Assembly: GCF_000250635.1 (NCBI RefSeq) | Contig: NC_016940.1 | Coordinates: 1,096,995 to 1,160,994, forward strand | Direction of reading: 5' to 3' | Length of the DNA: 64,000 nt | Origin: Saprospira grandis str. Lewin | GTDB lineage: Bacteria; Bacteroidota; Bacteroidia; Chitinophagales; Saprospiraceae | In this document: in pieces, positions 25,364 to 35,617 of the stretch | How the letters are laid out: every line of letters starts with the position of its first letter | How positions within the stretch are numbered: position 1 is the stretch's first letter | The notes under the pieces: generated by a model | The model's input: the letters and a program-made list of their open reading frames with translations, nothing else | Databases searched by the model: none | Told to the model about the DNA's origin: nothing | Program-made: the position numbers and the translations under genes

Positions 25364-28072
25364 CTAATCCTCCTGAGAAGAAGACAACAAACTGTTTTGC
25401 GCTTGTCGCTCTTGGCCAAAAGTCAGAATCTGCCGAATAAAATCGAAGGGCTGATAACCATTGATGGCCGTTTGGTGGAAGATGCAGGTGGCGGGCGTCA
25501 TGCCGGGCAAAGAATTGACCTCAATGACCAGGGTTTCGGCTCGGCCATCGGCATAAATGCGGACAAAAGCATCGATTCGGGCATAGCCCGTAACCCCCAA
25601 AATGCGGGCCGCCTGCTCTAAATCGGCCTTAATTTGGGCCGCCAAGGGCGCATATTCAAGTTCGCCAACAGCCAAGCGAGCAGGGGTAATATTTTGTCCC
25701 TCTCCCGCCAAAAACTTCTCTTCCAACGATAAAATCTCGCCAGAAGCCAAGGTTTCAGAAGGCTCAAAAACCTCATAGCGGATGCTTCCATCGGCCTCAT
25801 GATGACAAAGTAGGCCCACGGTCACCTCCAGAAAATGCAGGGCATCTTTTTGCTCCACCAACTGCTCTAAAAGGGCATATTGCTTTTGGGGAAACTCCTC
25901 TTTGGGCAAAATGGCTAGGCGCTCTTGGGCAATTTTTGGCAAAATATCCTCTTCACGGAAAAGGGCCGCCAAAAAGGCCTCCAATTCCGCCTCATTTTTG
26001 ATCTTTTTCACGGCAGAGCTACAGCCATCATCTACTGGCTTGGCAATCAGGGGCCAGCCTAGTTTTTCGCCTGCTTGCTGCAGACTTTGTTCAGGCTGGG
26101 CCAAATAATCGCTTTTGCTCAAAAGGATTTGCTCGGTCACGGGCAGGCCAGCGGCTTTCAGCTTTTGGAGACTTTGGTACTTATCAATCGTCAAGGCAGC
26201 AGAATCGGCCTCCGAACCATTAAAAGCGATGCCTCTTTTGGCCAACTCTCTTTGGAGCGCGCCATCCTCGCCGGGGCGGCCATGCAAAGCGATAAAGGCC
26301 AGACGGGTCTCCTCGCTTAATTCATCAAAAGAGAGCGAGCGGGGATCTAGGCGGCTACTTCGGCCAGAAAACTGATTAGCAATATGAGCCGTTTCTTGGC
26401 GAATCTTTTGGATAATGGGATGTACCTTATAATTTAATAATTTATCGCGAATATCGTCGGCATTATCCTTTAGCAAAAGGTTGATTGGTAATTCGTAGAG
26501 CTGTTGGTCCTCCGCCTTGCCCGTCAGGAAAACGGGAAAAGGCAGATAATCTGCAGAGCTGGCCAACTTCTCATAAATATTGCGGCCACTTTCTACCGAA
26601 ATATGGCGTTCGGAAGAATAACCGCCTAGAATAACCGCCACCTTTTGGAGTTCGGCAACCTCTCCTTCTAGGCGTTGCATCTCGCTTTCCAATCGGGCCA
26701 ATAATTGGCCATAATTATTGGGGCGCAGGCATTTTCGGCTGCGGGCCAAAAGCGAGCGATGAATAATAAAACTGAGAAAATGCGAGGGATTGAGGCCAAT
26801 TTCGGCCGCTTGATGGAAAAAGAAAGAAGAAGGCAGCATGCCCGAAGTCGTATTCGGATCATTGAGAATAATGCGGCCATCGGCTTGAATAAAACCATCG
26901 ATTCGGGCATAAACATCAAACTCCAAAAAGCGGAACAGCCGTTCGCACTCTTGGCGGATCGCTTGGATTTGGGCCTCGGGCAAATCAATAGGGGTTAACT
27001 TACGCGAGAGTCCAGCCAAATACTTAGAGCGATAATCAAAAAGCTCTTTGCCCTTGATAATTTCGGTGGGGGGCAAAGCAATGGCTTGGCCATCCTCATC
27101 TTGAATCACGACACAGGAAAACTCTCGGCCCTCAATAAAGCCCTCTAATAAAACGCTTTCCTCTCGGTATTGGCTTTGGAGTCGGAGCTTGGGGCTATGT
27201 CCCTGCCCCAATTCCTTATCGAGTAGGGCCAATAATTGCTCGGGATGATAGAGCAACTGTTTATCTTTTTTTGGGCCTTCCACCTCTAGCGGGAAGCCGA
27301 GGCCAGAGCGAATATCGAGCAATTTCCGCATCCATTGGATCTGCTCCTCTCGGCTCATTTGCTGCCAGTCTTCGGCGCTAATTTCGAGGCCAAAAAAGGC
27401 ATTTTCTAGGGCATCGAGAAGGTCTTCAGCCTGCTCGACAATACGCACACCGATAGAAGAACCTTGATTGGAAGGGCGGACCACCAAGGGGAAACCCATC
27501 TCTTTTTTGAGCTGCTCCAGATTGGGCAATTCGCCGCTCCAGTCTTTGGCCCAAATTTGTTGGATGGGAGGACTTTCAAAGCCGCCTGCCTGCATCATTT
27601 TCTTCTGGAAACTTTTGTCCATGCCCAGGCTACTCGCTCGGATGCCAGAGCCACTATAGGGAATCCCCAAAGCTTCTAACATCCCTTGAAGTTGACCATC
27701 TTCGCCCCATTCGCCATGCAGACTCAGAAAAGCAAAATCGATCAATTCGGGCAATTCGCTAAAGCTAATTGGGCGGCCAATTTGGGCCAGCAACTCCTTA
27801 GAGGCCTGCTTAGAAAGGCCTAGGCTTTCCACATAAATCTGAAAATGGTGTGGGCTAGGCGGCAGTGCCTCTACTGGGGGATAAAAATCTCGGATACTGC
27901 CCTTATAGAGATACTCCCAATCGAGTAGGCAGAGTTGGCCAAAACTATCCACAAAAATAGGGATGGGCCGAAAAAGTTGTTTATTTAAATTATCGTAGAC
28001 GGTCCGGCCACCTGCAAAGGCGATTTCGCGTTCTCGAGAGGGGCCAGCCAGAAATATTCCAATGTTCAACAT
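25364..28072 (-). CDS. Tandem double D-alanine--D-alanine ligase-like (ATP-grasp) protein, 902 aa
   Basis: Two complete Ddl-like modules. Module 1: MLNIGIFLAGPSREREIAFAGGRTVYDNL..., FLSLHGEWGEDGQLQGMLEALGIPYSGSG, FPLVVRPSNQGSSIGV, EFSCVVIQDEDGQAIALPPTEI, DYRSKYL. Module 2: VAVILGGYSSERHISVESGRNIYEKL, IALHGRPGEDGALQRELAKRGIAFNGSEADSAALTIDKYQ, WPLIAKPVDDGCSSAV, EVNSLPGMTPATCIFHQ. Confidence 0.7.
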   Translation of the reverse strand: MLNIGIFLAGPSREREIAFAGGRTVYDNLNKQLFRPIPIFVDSFGQLCLLDWEYLYKGSIRDFYPPVEALPPSPHHFQIYVESLGLSKQASKELLAQIGRPISFSELPELIDFAFLSLHGEWGEDGQLQGMLEALGIPYSGSGIRASSLGMDKSFQKKMMQAGGFESPPIQQIWAKDWSGELPNLEQLKKEMGFPLVVRPSNQGSSIGVRIVEQAEDLLDALENAFFGLEISAEDWQQMSREEQIQWMRKLLDIRSGLGFPLEVEGPKKDKQLLYHPEQLLALLDKELGQGHSPKLRLQSQYREESVLLEGFIEGREFSCVVIQDEDGQAIALPPTEIIKGKELFDYRSKYLAGLSRKLTPIDLPEAQIQAIRQECERLFRFLEFDVYARIDGFIQADGRIILNDPNTTSGMLPSSFFFHQAAEIGLNPSHFLSFIIHRSLLARSRKCLRPNNYGQLLARLESEMQRLEGEVAELQKVAVILGGYSSERHISVESGRNIYEKLASSADYLPFPVFLTGKAEDQQLYELPINLLLKDNADDIRDKLLNYKVHPIIQKIRQETAHIANQFSGRSSRLDPRSLSFDELSEETRLAFIALHGRPGEDGALQRELAKRGIAFNGSEADSAALTIDKYQSLQKLKAAGLPVTEQILLSKSDYLAQPEQSLQQAGEKLGWPLIAKPVDDGCSSAVKKIKNEAELEAFLAALFREEDILPKIAQERLAILPKEEFPQKQYALLEQLVEQKDALHFLEVTVGLLCHHEADGSIRYEVFEPSETLASGEILSLEEKFLAGEGQNITPARLAVGELEYAPLAAQIKADLEQAARILGVTGYARIDAFVRIYADGRAETLVIEVNSLPGMTPATCIFHQTAINGYQPFDFIRQILTFGQERQAQNSLLSSSQED

Positions 28073-28171
28073 AGGTGCAAGGCAGATTTATAATGATGGG
28101 CGCAAAGGTAGCAGATTTTTTAGAGAGTTGAGTTTTTAGCGAATAGAGAGTAAGCACAGGGGAGTATTTCG

Positions 28172-28208
28172 CCCTAAAATAAAAGGCCCCGACAAAATTG
28201 TCGGGGCC
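28172..28208 (-). terminator. Rho-independent terminator after the Big_2 lipoprotein gene
   Basis: Minus strand: ggccccgaca-aaat-tgtcggggcc 10-bp stem followed by ttttatttt. Confidence 0.7.
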
Positions 28209-28235
28209 TAGAACAAGCAGTTAGTTAGCTTAATA

Positions 28236-29723
28236 TTATTGTACCGTTACCGTAATAGTTTGGCTAAAGTTGCCATGGCAAACGGTAATATTTGCGGTTC
28301 CGCCGCTGAAAGAAGTGGCAGAAATTTCTCCGTTGAAATCAACATCTGCTACTTGGATATTATCTGAGCAGTAAACGATTGGCGCACCAACAATAGCGGT
28401 AGCGCCAGCATCTACTACCTCCGCAGAAATCTGAGCCGTTTGGCCAAAGCTAAGCGTCACATTAGAAGAACTATTGAGATTGAGGCCTGCCGCATTGGGG
28501 TCGGCTGTACCACAATTACAAGAAGAACCTACAGCCACAGAGAGAATACTTACGCCAGGAAATACCTCAGGATCATTAGCATCAGCAGCAATCACAAAAG
28601 TAGACATACCTGGGTTGGCTGAAGATTTTACGGTAGCCAAACCATTGTTGTCAATAGTAGCTACATCAAAAATGGGAAAGCCAAAAGTAGGAATTTGCCA
28701 GCTGACATTAGAGGTTGCTTGGGGGTTGTTAAGCACCAACTCGCCATTGCTACGCACTACATCATATTTGGTAGCGCTATATTGCTGTGTATTGCCAGCA
28801 GCTACAGAAGCATTTAGCGGATCAAGCGTAATTACTTTATTGGGGCTAACTTCTAGTTGAGCTTCGCCAACTACACCTTGGGCCATAGCATAGACCTTAG
28901 TACTTCCGATAGTTTGGGGGCTGATATTTCCATTAGCATCAATTGTTGCAATAGAAGGATCAGCTACCGTCCAGTCAAAAGTGACTGTTTTTTCATTGCC
29001 ATCCATATCATAAGCCTTGGCGGTATACTGAGCAGTTTCTGTTTTGAGGATGACTTGGCTAGCGGGACTAACCACCACACGCTGCACAGGCAACTCAATC
29101 ACAGGAGGAGCCAAGACAGTAACGGGCACCTCTACAACAGGGTTACCGTCAATGCCCGAAGCCGTAACTGTAATGATACAGTTTCCAGCCCCAATAAAAC
29201 TCAACTCTCCAGAAGCATTTACCGTAGCTACGGTATTATCGCTAGACTGATAGCTATAAGTGGGTGAAGAGGTCCCTAGATAAACGGCCTCCATCTGAAT
29301 ATTCGGGAAATCACTATCGACTAAAACAGCTGCAGGAGCCACGGCAAAAAGTGCGGGAGTCTGTATAGCCAAAGGCGCAGAACTAGTCAAGGTCGTTCCA
29401 CCAACCGTTACCGAAGCCTGAATAGTGGTTGTTCCAGCTGCAACCACTGTAACCGCCCCATTGCTAGCAATAGTGGCTACATCAGTATTTGCACTCGACC
29501 AGCTGACATTGCTAGCTGCCGTGCGATTGCCCTCAGTATCTAGCAAAACAGCCGTATAAGTTAGGCTGCCATCCATAAGCATGGTCTGAGCACCATTTTC
29601 AATTACAAGCATTTGATTGCTAGCATCCTGATTGTCTCCATTATTATCTTCATCTTTTTTACAGGAGGTCAAGGCTAAAAAAAGTAGACTAAAAAGTCCT
29701 AAATAATTTAAAATTTTCATCTT
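28236..29723 (-). CDS. Surface lipoprotein with repeated bacterial Ig-like (Big_2-type) domains
   Basis: Signal/lipobox MKILNYLGLFSLLFLALTSC. Thr/Val/Ala-rich beta repeats (AVTVVAAGTTTIQASV; SFIGAGNCIITVTASG; TIGSTKVYAMAQG). Start set to the MKILNY ATG rather than the ORF-track 29768. Confidence 0.6.
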   Translation of the reverse strand, partial: KMKILNYLGLFSLLFLALTSCKKDEDNNGDNQDASNQMLVIENGAQTMLMDGSLTYTAVLLDTEGNRTAASNVSWSSANTDVATIASNGAVTVVAAGTTTIQASVTVGGTTLTSSAPLAIQTPALFAVAPAAVLVDSDFPNIQMEAVYLGTSSPTYSYQSSDNTVATVNASGELSFIGAGNCIITVTASGIDGNPVVEVPVTVLAPPVIELPVQRVVVSPASQVILKTETAQYTAKAYDMDGNEKTVTFDWTVADPSIATIDANGNISPQTIGSTKVYAMAQGVVGEAQLEVSPNKVITLDPLNASVAAGNTQQYSATKYDVVRSNGELVLNNPQATSNVSWQIPTFGFPIFDVATIDNNGLATVKSSANPGMSTFVIAADANDPEVFPGVSILSVAVGSSCNCGTADPNAAGLNLNSSSNVTLSFGQTAQISAEVVDAGATAIVGAPIVYCSDNIQVADVDFNGEISATSFSGGTANITVCHGNFSQTITVTVQ

Positions 29724-29914
29724 AAAATGTTGAATGTTAATTAAGTGGCTTGTTCCAGCCGCCGCCAAGGTCTAAAAACATGCCAAGACAGCATTAAGCA
29801 AGCATTCAAACAACAAACCAACAATTGCAAAAATTTGAAAATCAATTATATATAAAACATGAAAATTAGTTCCTTTTTCAGGAAGATTTCTTTCCTTCTT
29901 CTAAGGGTCTATTT

Positions 29915-32374
29915 CTACTTTAGCCCCAATTGCCAGCCCAAACTCAACTGAATAGAGCGCCCTTCTGCGGGTAAAATACCTGGACCAGGATAAGCCGAAG
30001 CTCTACGGCTGAAATAAGCTTTGTTCAATAGATTATTTACATTTAATCCCAAGCGAAGGGCTTTGTACTGATAACTAAAACTAGCATCCCAAACGCCATA
30101 GGCGGGAATACGGCCCAAAACCGCATTAGCCACCAGTTCCGCATTGCTGGCATCGCTAAAATGACTTCCCGTATAAGCGTATTGCAGACTAGCTTTGTAG
30201 TTTCCTAAATAAGCCTGTAAGCCGAGGCGCCAACTAATGGGCGGCACCAGCTCCAATAATTTGCCCTGAGCAAAGGTATTGGCCGTTTTGGTATAGCGGC
30301 CATCCAAAATGGAAAAGTTGTTAAAGAACAACAGGCCCTTATCCTCTTTGATACTTTTAAATAAGCGCAGAATATCCCATTCTATAAGGCTTTCTAGGCC
30401 CAAAACACGAGCGTTTCCAATATTAGAGCGATAAGAAATGAGCTGAATTAAGTCGGGATTTTCAGGATCGGACCGACTCGTTGAAATATTCCCAATCCGA
30501 TCTTGGTAGGCCAAATAGAACAAAGAAAAATCAAAGCGGAGATGCCGGCCCCAACGGCCCCGAAAGCCCAAATCGGCATTAAAGCCACTTTCATCCTGCA
30601 AATCGGGATCAATGACTTGGTTGGGATTGACCAAGCGCAAATCATTAAAGTTGATGGCCCGATAGTTCTGCGAAATATTGCTGTAAATTTCTAATTGGTC
30701 CTTGGGCCGATAGCTCAAGCCAATCCCCAGCAGAAAAACAGAGCGATTGCGGCCCCGCTGCTCATAAATGGCTTCATTGCGCAGAGTATCGGCCCCCTCC
30801 GCGCTAGGCTGTACCAATAAATCTTGATAATAACCATCGGCTTGGGTTTGAATATATTCATAGCGCAAACCTGGCGTAATGCTCCAGCCCTTACCCAAAC
30901 TAAAGAAGTTTTCGGCAAAGGCAGCAAAGTTAAAACTAGGAAAATTATAGTCTGAATTGAGGATGCCTTTCGCAGGCTCCAAAAAGGTAAAATCGGCACG
31001 GCTGCCGGTGCTATCGGCATTGGCTAGGCCTTGAGCTTGGGTGGTAAAGCCTTTGTAGAGGCGAACGCCCCCCAAAAGAACGCCCATTTTTTTGGCCCCA
31101 ATCTTATAGCGGTGCATGATTCGACTTTCTTGCCCAAAGTTTTGGTATTGGCCCTTAATCAGCTGTCTTGGTCCCCCATAATCGACCCGATTGATGGCTT
31201 CTAAATTGCCCAAAGATTGACGGCCTGCAAAAAGCGCAAACTGCCGAAAATTAAGCTTAGTATTTTTGGCCAAACGATAATTGATATCTAAAGCCGTAAT
31301 GGCCCAATCTACCCGAAACCAGTTGCGGGGACGCTTAGCTTGACGAGGATTTTGCCGAAACTCTAAATCGGTCAAACCGCCAGGCTGCTGCGCCAGATAA
31401 GACATATAGGTTTGCTCCAAAGACAAACTCAACTTTTCGGTCCACTGATAATGCAAGCCCAAATAGGCCGTATGCTGCTCAAAAGCAGAGTTGGGCCGCC
31501 AGCCATCGCCTCTTTTATATTGATGAAAGGCATAATAACGCAGCTTTCCTTTTTGGCCCTCCAAGCTATTAAAGCTCGAATAAAAGCCAAAAGAACCGCC
31601 CGTTTGTTGGCCCGTCCAAAGCAATTTATAATCCTTATTTCCCCGCTTCATTCTAAAGTTGAGCAAACCGCCAAACTGCGTTCCATACTGCAAGGAAGCC
31701 GCTCCCCGAATCAACTCAATGCCTTCTAGGGCCAAAACAGGAGGTGTATAATAAGACTCTGGATAACCCAATGCATCGGCACTAATATCATAGCCATTTT
31801 GGCGAGTGTTGAAGTTGGAACTGCGGTTGGGGCTTAGGCCGCGGCCGCCAATATTGAGCTGAATGCCCGAATTGTCATTCTCCCAAATGTTTAAGCCTGC
31901 AATTTTTGCATAGACCTGTCGGCTGTTATTGGCGGCCAAATTGCCCTGCAACTTACTCGCCTTGATGATAGAGGACTTTTTGGCGGCCCCAATCAGCATT
32001 TTGTCCCAATCTACGGCCCGAAATTGCTGCAAACCATAATTCCCCTCTTCGGCCTGCACATAAACCGTGGGGCCCTGCCCGCCCAAAGGCTGCAAAATAA
32101 CTTGCAAAACCGTATCGATAGGCAGTTGCAGCACTAAAGATCGGCCCTGAAACCCCTCTGCATAAACATCCAATTGATAGGGGCCAGCGGCCAAACTATC
32201 AAAGCGAAAAAAGCCCTGGGCATCGCTTTTAGTTAGGGTCGTTTTCTGGACCAAAAACAGCTCGGCCCCAGCAATGGCTTGGCCCAAACTATCTGTTAAT
32301 TGGCCCTGAAGAGCCGATTGCGCTCCTGCCAAAACAGGGAGCAAAAAGAAAAAGAGATAGCCATAAAGTCGCAT
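29915..32374 (-). CDS. TonB-dependent outer membrane receptor with an N-terminal carboxypeptidase-regulatory-like domain
   Basis: Signal peptide. 819 aa with plug/barrel-typical Gly/aromatic alternation. The N-terminal GQLTDSLGQAIAGAELFL beta-sandwich is common in Bacteroidota TBDRs. Confidence 0.7.
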   Translation of the reverse strand: MRLYGYLFFFLLPVLAGAQSALQGQLTDSLGQAIAGAELFLVQKTTLTKSDAQGFFRFDSLAAGPYQLDVYAEGFQGRSLVLQLPIDTVLQVILQPLGGQGPTVYVQAEEGNYGLQQFRAVDWDKMLIGAAKKSSIIKASKLQGNLAANNSRQVYAKIAGLNIWENDNSGIQLNIGGRGLSPNRSSNFNTRQNGYDISADALGYPESYYTPPVLALEGIELIRGAASLQYGTQFGGLLNFRMKRGNKDYKLLWTGQQTGGSFGFYSSFNSLEGQKGKLRYYAFHQYKRGDGWRPNSAFEQHTAYLGLHYQWTEKLSLSLEQTYMSYLAQQPGGLTDLEFRQNPRQAKRPRNWFRVDWAITALDINYRLAKNTKLNFRQFALFAGRQSLGNLEAINRVDYGGPRQLIKGQYQNFGQESRIMHRYKIGAKKMGVLLGGVRLYKGFTTQAQGLANADSTGSRADFTFLEPAKGILNSDYNFPSFNFAAFAENFFSLGKGWSITPGLRYEYIQTQADGYYQDLLVQPSAEGADTLRNEAIYEQRGRNRSVFLLGIGLSYRPKDQLEIYSNISQNYRAINFNDLRLVNPNQVIDPDLQDESGFNADLGFRGRWGRHLRFDFSLFYLAYQDRIGNISTSRSDPENPDLIQLISYRSNIGNARVLGLESLIEWDILRLFKSIKEDKGLLFFNNFSILDGRYTKTANTFAQGKLLELVPPISWRLGLQAYLGNYKASLQYAYTGSHFSDASNAELVANAVLGRIPAYGVWDASFSYQYKALRLGLNVNNLLNKAYFSRRASAYPGPGILPAEGRSIQLSLGWQLGLK

Positions 32375-32439
32375 AAACTCCTTTTGTTTTAAATTAAACG
32401 TACTGAAGTAATAAATAGAAGTCTGCCTAGGATGTTGAT

Positions 32440-32595
32440 TTTTTGGGGCTGCCCCTGCGGCCTACGGCCTTGGGTCGGGCTGTTTCGCAGCTCGCTGATC
32501 GCTCGGCCCTGCGCTTTTTCACTACGTTCAAAAGCTGGGTCTGGCCTTCGGCCACTGCTGTCCATCCCTCAGCCTGCGGCGGCTTTGCCGCCTGC
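32440..32595 (+). repeat. GC-rich modular intergenic repeat, copy 10 (forward, variant B-like)
   Basis: ttttggggctgcccctgcggcctacggccttgggtcgggctgtttcgcagctcgctgatcgctcggccctgcgctttttcactacgttcaaaagctgggtctggccttcggccactgctgtccatccctcagcctgcggcggctttgccgcctgc. Confidence 0.85.
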
Positions 32596-32700
32596 TAACG
32601 GTGGCTGCAACATAAACCCTACAGCAAAAATGGTCCTGCGCTGCAAGGCGGTATAAATTGAGGGCCGAAGAAAATGGCCAAAAGAGAAAAAGACCGTTGA

Positions 32701-32827
32701 GCGGCTTAGCGCTGCGGAGCGGGTGGCCGCAGGCCAGACCAAGGCGGCTTGCCGCCGCAGGGCCGAGCAGACTTGCGAGCCCCGCAGCATAGCGCCCCGC
32801 CGCCTGCGGCGGCGGGGAAGCCCCAAA
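32701..32827 (-). repeat. GC-rich modular intergenic repeat, copy 11 (reverse); forms an inverted pair with copy 10
   Basis: gcggcttagcgctgcggagcgggtggccgcaggccagaccaaggcggcttgccgccgcagggccgagcagacttgcgagccccgcagcatagcgccccgccgcctgcggcggcggggaagccccaaa. Confidence 0.85.
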
Positions 32828-34192
32828 TTAGTCCCTATGAAAAGGAAGCAACCAACTGGGACTACTAAAAAGCGCTGCTTTTTCTTGGGCCAAATTGACC
32901 TGAGGATCTACCAAGCGCTGGCTAGGGCGGCCATTGAGGCTGACCTGAGCGTCTAGATAAACCTCTGGGTTTTGATAGCCTTCTTCTGTTTGGTAATAAT
33001 TGGCCAAATAATGGGCAAACTGCAAAAGCATATCAGGTTGATAGGCCATCATCAGCTCCTGTTTTTCATTGAGATGGTCCAGATTATTGACCCAGCTCAT
33101 TTTGCCCGTTTGGCCATCGACTACCTTAAACTGAGCATAGCCCCTTTTCTCGACCAGCATGACCATCCAAGAAAAGCGGAAGCCCTGTTCCTGCCAAAGG
33201 ACATTGCCCGCATAGAGATGATGTCGCAGCGGAAAAAGCGCCTGAAAAAGCAGAAAAGACAGCAAAAAATAGCGTTGAAAAGGGGGAAGAACGAGCTCTA
33301 GTTTTAATTTAGACAAAGTCAAATTAAAAATTTGAGCAAAGGTAGCAATTATTTTTTCATGAAAATGGCTAGAGAAAAAAATTGTGGTGCAGGCCATCAT
33401 CAGGTAGGGAAAAATGCCGATATAGAAGAGGGCGGCGGTGGCTAGGTGGAAGCAAATGACAAAAAAGTAGGCATATTTTCGGCTTTTGGACCAAAGGAGA
33501 AAAAAGCCAATACTGAGATCGAAGGCGGCGCCAAAACAGGCAAAAATGGGGGGCAGCCAGCTCTTGCAGAGGAGAGGGCCAAAGATTGGAAAATCGGATA
33601 GTTGGCCCAGCCAGATGCGCAGAGGTTGGGCTAAAACGAGCCAATCGCTTTGCAACTTGGCCAAGCCGGCAAAAAAATAGACCAGCACAAAAAGCAGTCG
33701 GGGCGTCCATATATATAGAGCGGGAACCTTGACCAAAGTCACCGAGATCGGATAATCTAGGGAAAAAGCGCGATGAGCGGGCAGGATCCAAAGCAGCAGG
33801 GCTAGCAAAGCGACCAGGTAGTAATGATTGAGATAATGCGTCAGGTCCAAAAGCTCTACATAAGTAAAGCAAGCAAAAAAAATCCCGGCAGAAAATTTAT
33901 ATTTATAGCCTAGGGCGATACCGAGGCCAGCGGCAGCCATCAAAAAAAAGCAGGCATAAAGGGCTGTTGCGGGCAATTCGGGCAGCCAATGCGTACCCCA
34001 AAGGCGGAAGGCAAACTGGGGTTGGATATAGAACTTATCGACCCAGCCGAGCAGCAGCATTCGCAGAGAGAGCCAGCAAGCGATCAGGCCAAAAATGATT
34101 CTGAGGCTAATGAGGGGGGCGATACTTTTGGGTTGGTCTAAAGCGAGCATAAGGATGAATTTTATGGGCGCAAAGGTAGACAATAGGCGCAA
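32828..34192 (-). CDS. Polytopic membrane protein, HTTM-domain-like (vitamin-K-dependent gamma-carboxylase-related)
   Basis: Multiple predicted TM helices over ~280 aa (…YIWTPRLLFVLVYFFAGLAKLQSDW…) followed by a soluble C-terminal domain. The assignment is from recalled family features only. Confidence 0.45.
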   Translation of the reverse strand: MRLLSTFAPIKFILMLALDQPKSIAPLISLRIIFGLIACWLSLRMLLLGWVDKFYIQPQFAFRLWGTHWLPELPATALYACFFLMAAAGLGIALGYKYKFSAGIFFACFTYVELLDLTHYLNHYYLVALLALLLWILPAHRAFSLDYPISVTLVKVPALYIWTPRLLFVLVYFFAGLAKLQSDWLVLAQPLRIWLGQLSDFPIFGPLLCKSWLPPIFACFGAAFDLSIGFFLLWSKSRKYAYFFVICFHLATAALFYIGIFPYLMMACTTIFFSSHFHEKIIATFAQIFNLTLSKLKLELVLPPFQRYFLLSFLLFQALFPLRHHLYAGNVLWQEQGFRFSWMVMLVEKRGYAQFKVVDGQTGKMSWVNNLDHLNEKQELMMAYQPDMLLQFAHYLANYYQTEEGYQNPEVYLDAQVSLNGRPSQRLVDPQVNLAQEKAALFSSPSWLLPFHRD

Positions 34193-34473
34193 AAAAATGC
34201 TTGGGCCTAAAAAAAGAGAAAGAAAGCTCTATCTTATCTACTGAAAATAGAGAAAGCGCAATATTTCGCAATCCGTGAAATACTAGGAGCGCTTTTATTG
34301 GCGTTTTCCATAAGATCGAGGGCATCTCCCTCAGATTTTTAAGACAAAATTAACATATTTGATTTTTTCTTTTTAAAGTCAAGAGAGCCGACAAAAGTTG
34401 GTATCTTGAGCCGTACAGACGAATCACAAGACAGAACATTACCATTTCTTCACCTCTACATACTGTTAGTAGC

Positions 34474-35430
34474 ATGCGCATAGGACTACTTAGCTTTTGT
34501 TTGATGTTTAGCTTTGGGCTATTAAAAGCTCAAGCCGGTTATCAGCCCCCTTTTCCTTATGAAATTGGTCTTCAGATTGGGACCTCTCAATTTTTGGGTG
34601 ACCTTGGTGGGCAAAGTGAGGCTGGTCGCCCATTTATTCGGGACACCGATCTCAAGGCGATTCGCCCTTTAATTGGCGCTTTTGGGCGTTGGAATATTGG
34701 CCCTTATTTTTCTGCACGTGCAGATTTGAACTACCTTCAATTGGCGGGAGATGATGCGCTTGCGGGTAGTGGATTTAGTGGCGAGACACGTTCAGAGGAC
34801 CAAGCTTGGTATCGTTACTACCGCAACTTGAGTTTCCGTTCGCATGTATTTGAGGCCTCTATTGCTGGGGAGTTGATTCCCTACAACTTTGAGTTGGGTG
34901 GAGGTTATCAGAGCTATAGTGTGATTTCTCCTTATGGATTTATTGGGGTGGGTATTTTCCACTTTAATCCTCAGGCGCAGTATGATGGGCAGTGGGTAGA
35001 CCTACAGCCTTTGTCTACAGAGGGCCAGGGTTTGGTAGATGGTCGCACGCCTTATAGTCTTACTCAATTTAATGTACCTTTGGGCTTTGGCGTAAAATGG
35101 AATTACAACGATCAGTGGGCGCTTTCTTTTGAGGTAAACCACCGATTGACCTTTACGGATTACATTGATGATGTTTCTGTGGACTATGTTGATCCTCAGG
35201 TCTTCTATGATAACTTTGCGCCTGAGCAAGCGGCCTTATCTGCTGCTATGGCTCGCCGCTCTGTAGAGATTGATCCCGGCCTAGTGAATGGTTATGTATC
35301 GGCTCCGGGCGAGCAAAGAGGAGACCCCAAAGATAATGACTCTTATTATACGATTGCCCTTCGTTTTAGCTACTTCTTTGATGCTAACTCTTTGGGTGGC
35401 GGTCGTCGTTATGGTTGTCCCGTTTGGTAG
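34474..35430 (+). CDS. Outer-membrane beta-barrel protein (paralog of the partial gene at 1..523)
   Basis: Signal peptide MRIGLLSFCLMFSFGLLKAQA. Alternating aromatic/Gly beta-strand pattern. C-terminal region matches the 1..523 product. Confidence 0.65.
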   Translation: MRIGLLSFCLMFSFGLLKAQAGYQPPFPYEIGLQIGTSQFLGDLGGQSEAGRPFIRDTDLKAIRPLIGAFGRWNIGPYFSARADLNYLQLAGDDALAGSGFSGETRSEDQAWYRYYRNLSFRSHVFEASIAGELIPYNFELGGGYQSYSVISPYGFIGVGIFHFNPQAQYDGQWVDLQPLSTEGQGLVDGRTPYSLTQFNVPLGFGVKWNYNDQWALSFEVNHRLTFTDYIDDVSVDYVDPQVFYDNFAPEQAALSAAMARRSVEIDPGLVNGYVSAPGEQRGDPKDNDSYYTIALRFSYFFDANSLGGGRRYGCPVW

Positions 35431-35617
35431 ACTAAAGCCAGCGATGAATTGAAATAGAAAAGCTGAGTAGGTGAAAGCCTGCTCGGCTTTTTTTGTGGGG
35501 GTGTATATGTTATTTTTAACGCTTTTTGTTGTATATCTCTAGATATAGTTGTACTTTAGTTAAAATTCTACTTTTCCCAAAAGCTAAAAAACTCAAGCTA
35601 ACTGCTTATCGTTTAAA

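Noticed and set aside
25246-25440. ORF 25246..25440 (+), and 24761..25126 / 24872..25210 near the lipoprotein gene
   Set aside because: Repeat copies 8 and 9, plus antisense frames of the lipoprotein gene.
32432-32956. ORFs 32432..32656, 32569..32826, 32723..32956
   Set aside because: Inverted repeat pair, copies 10 and 11.
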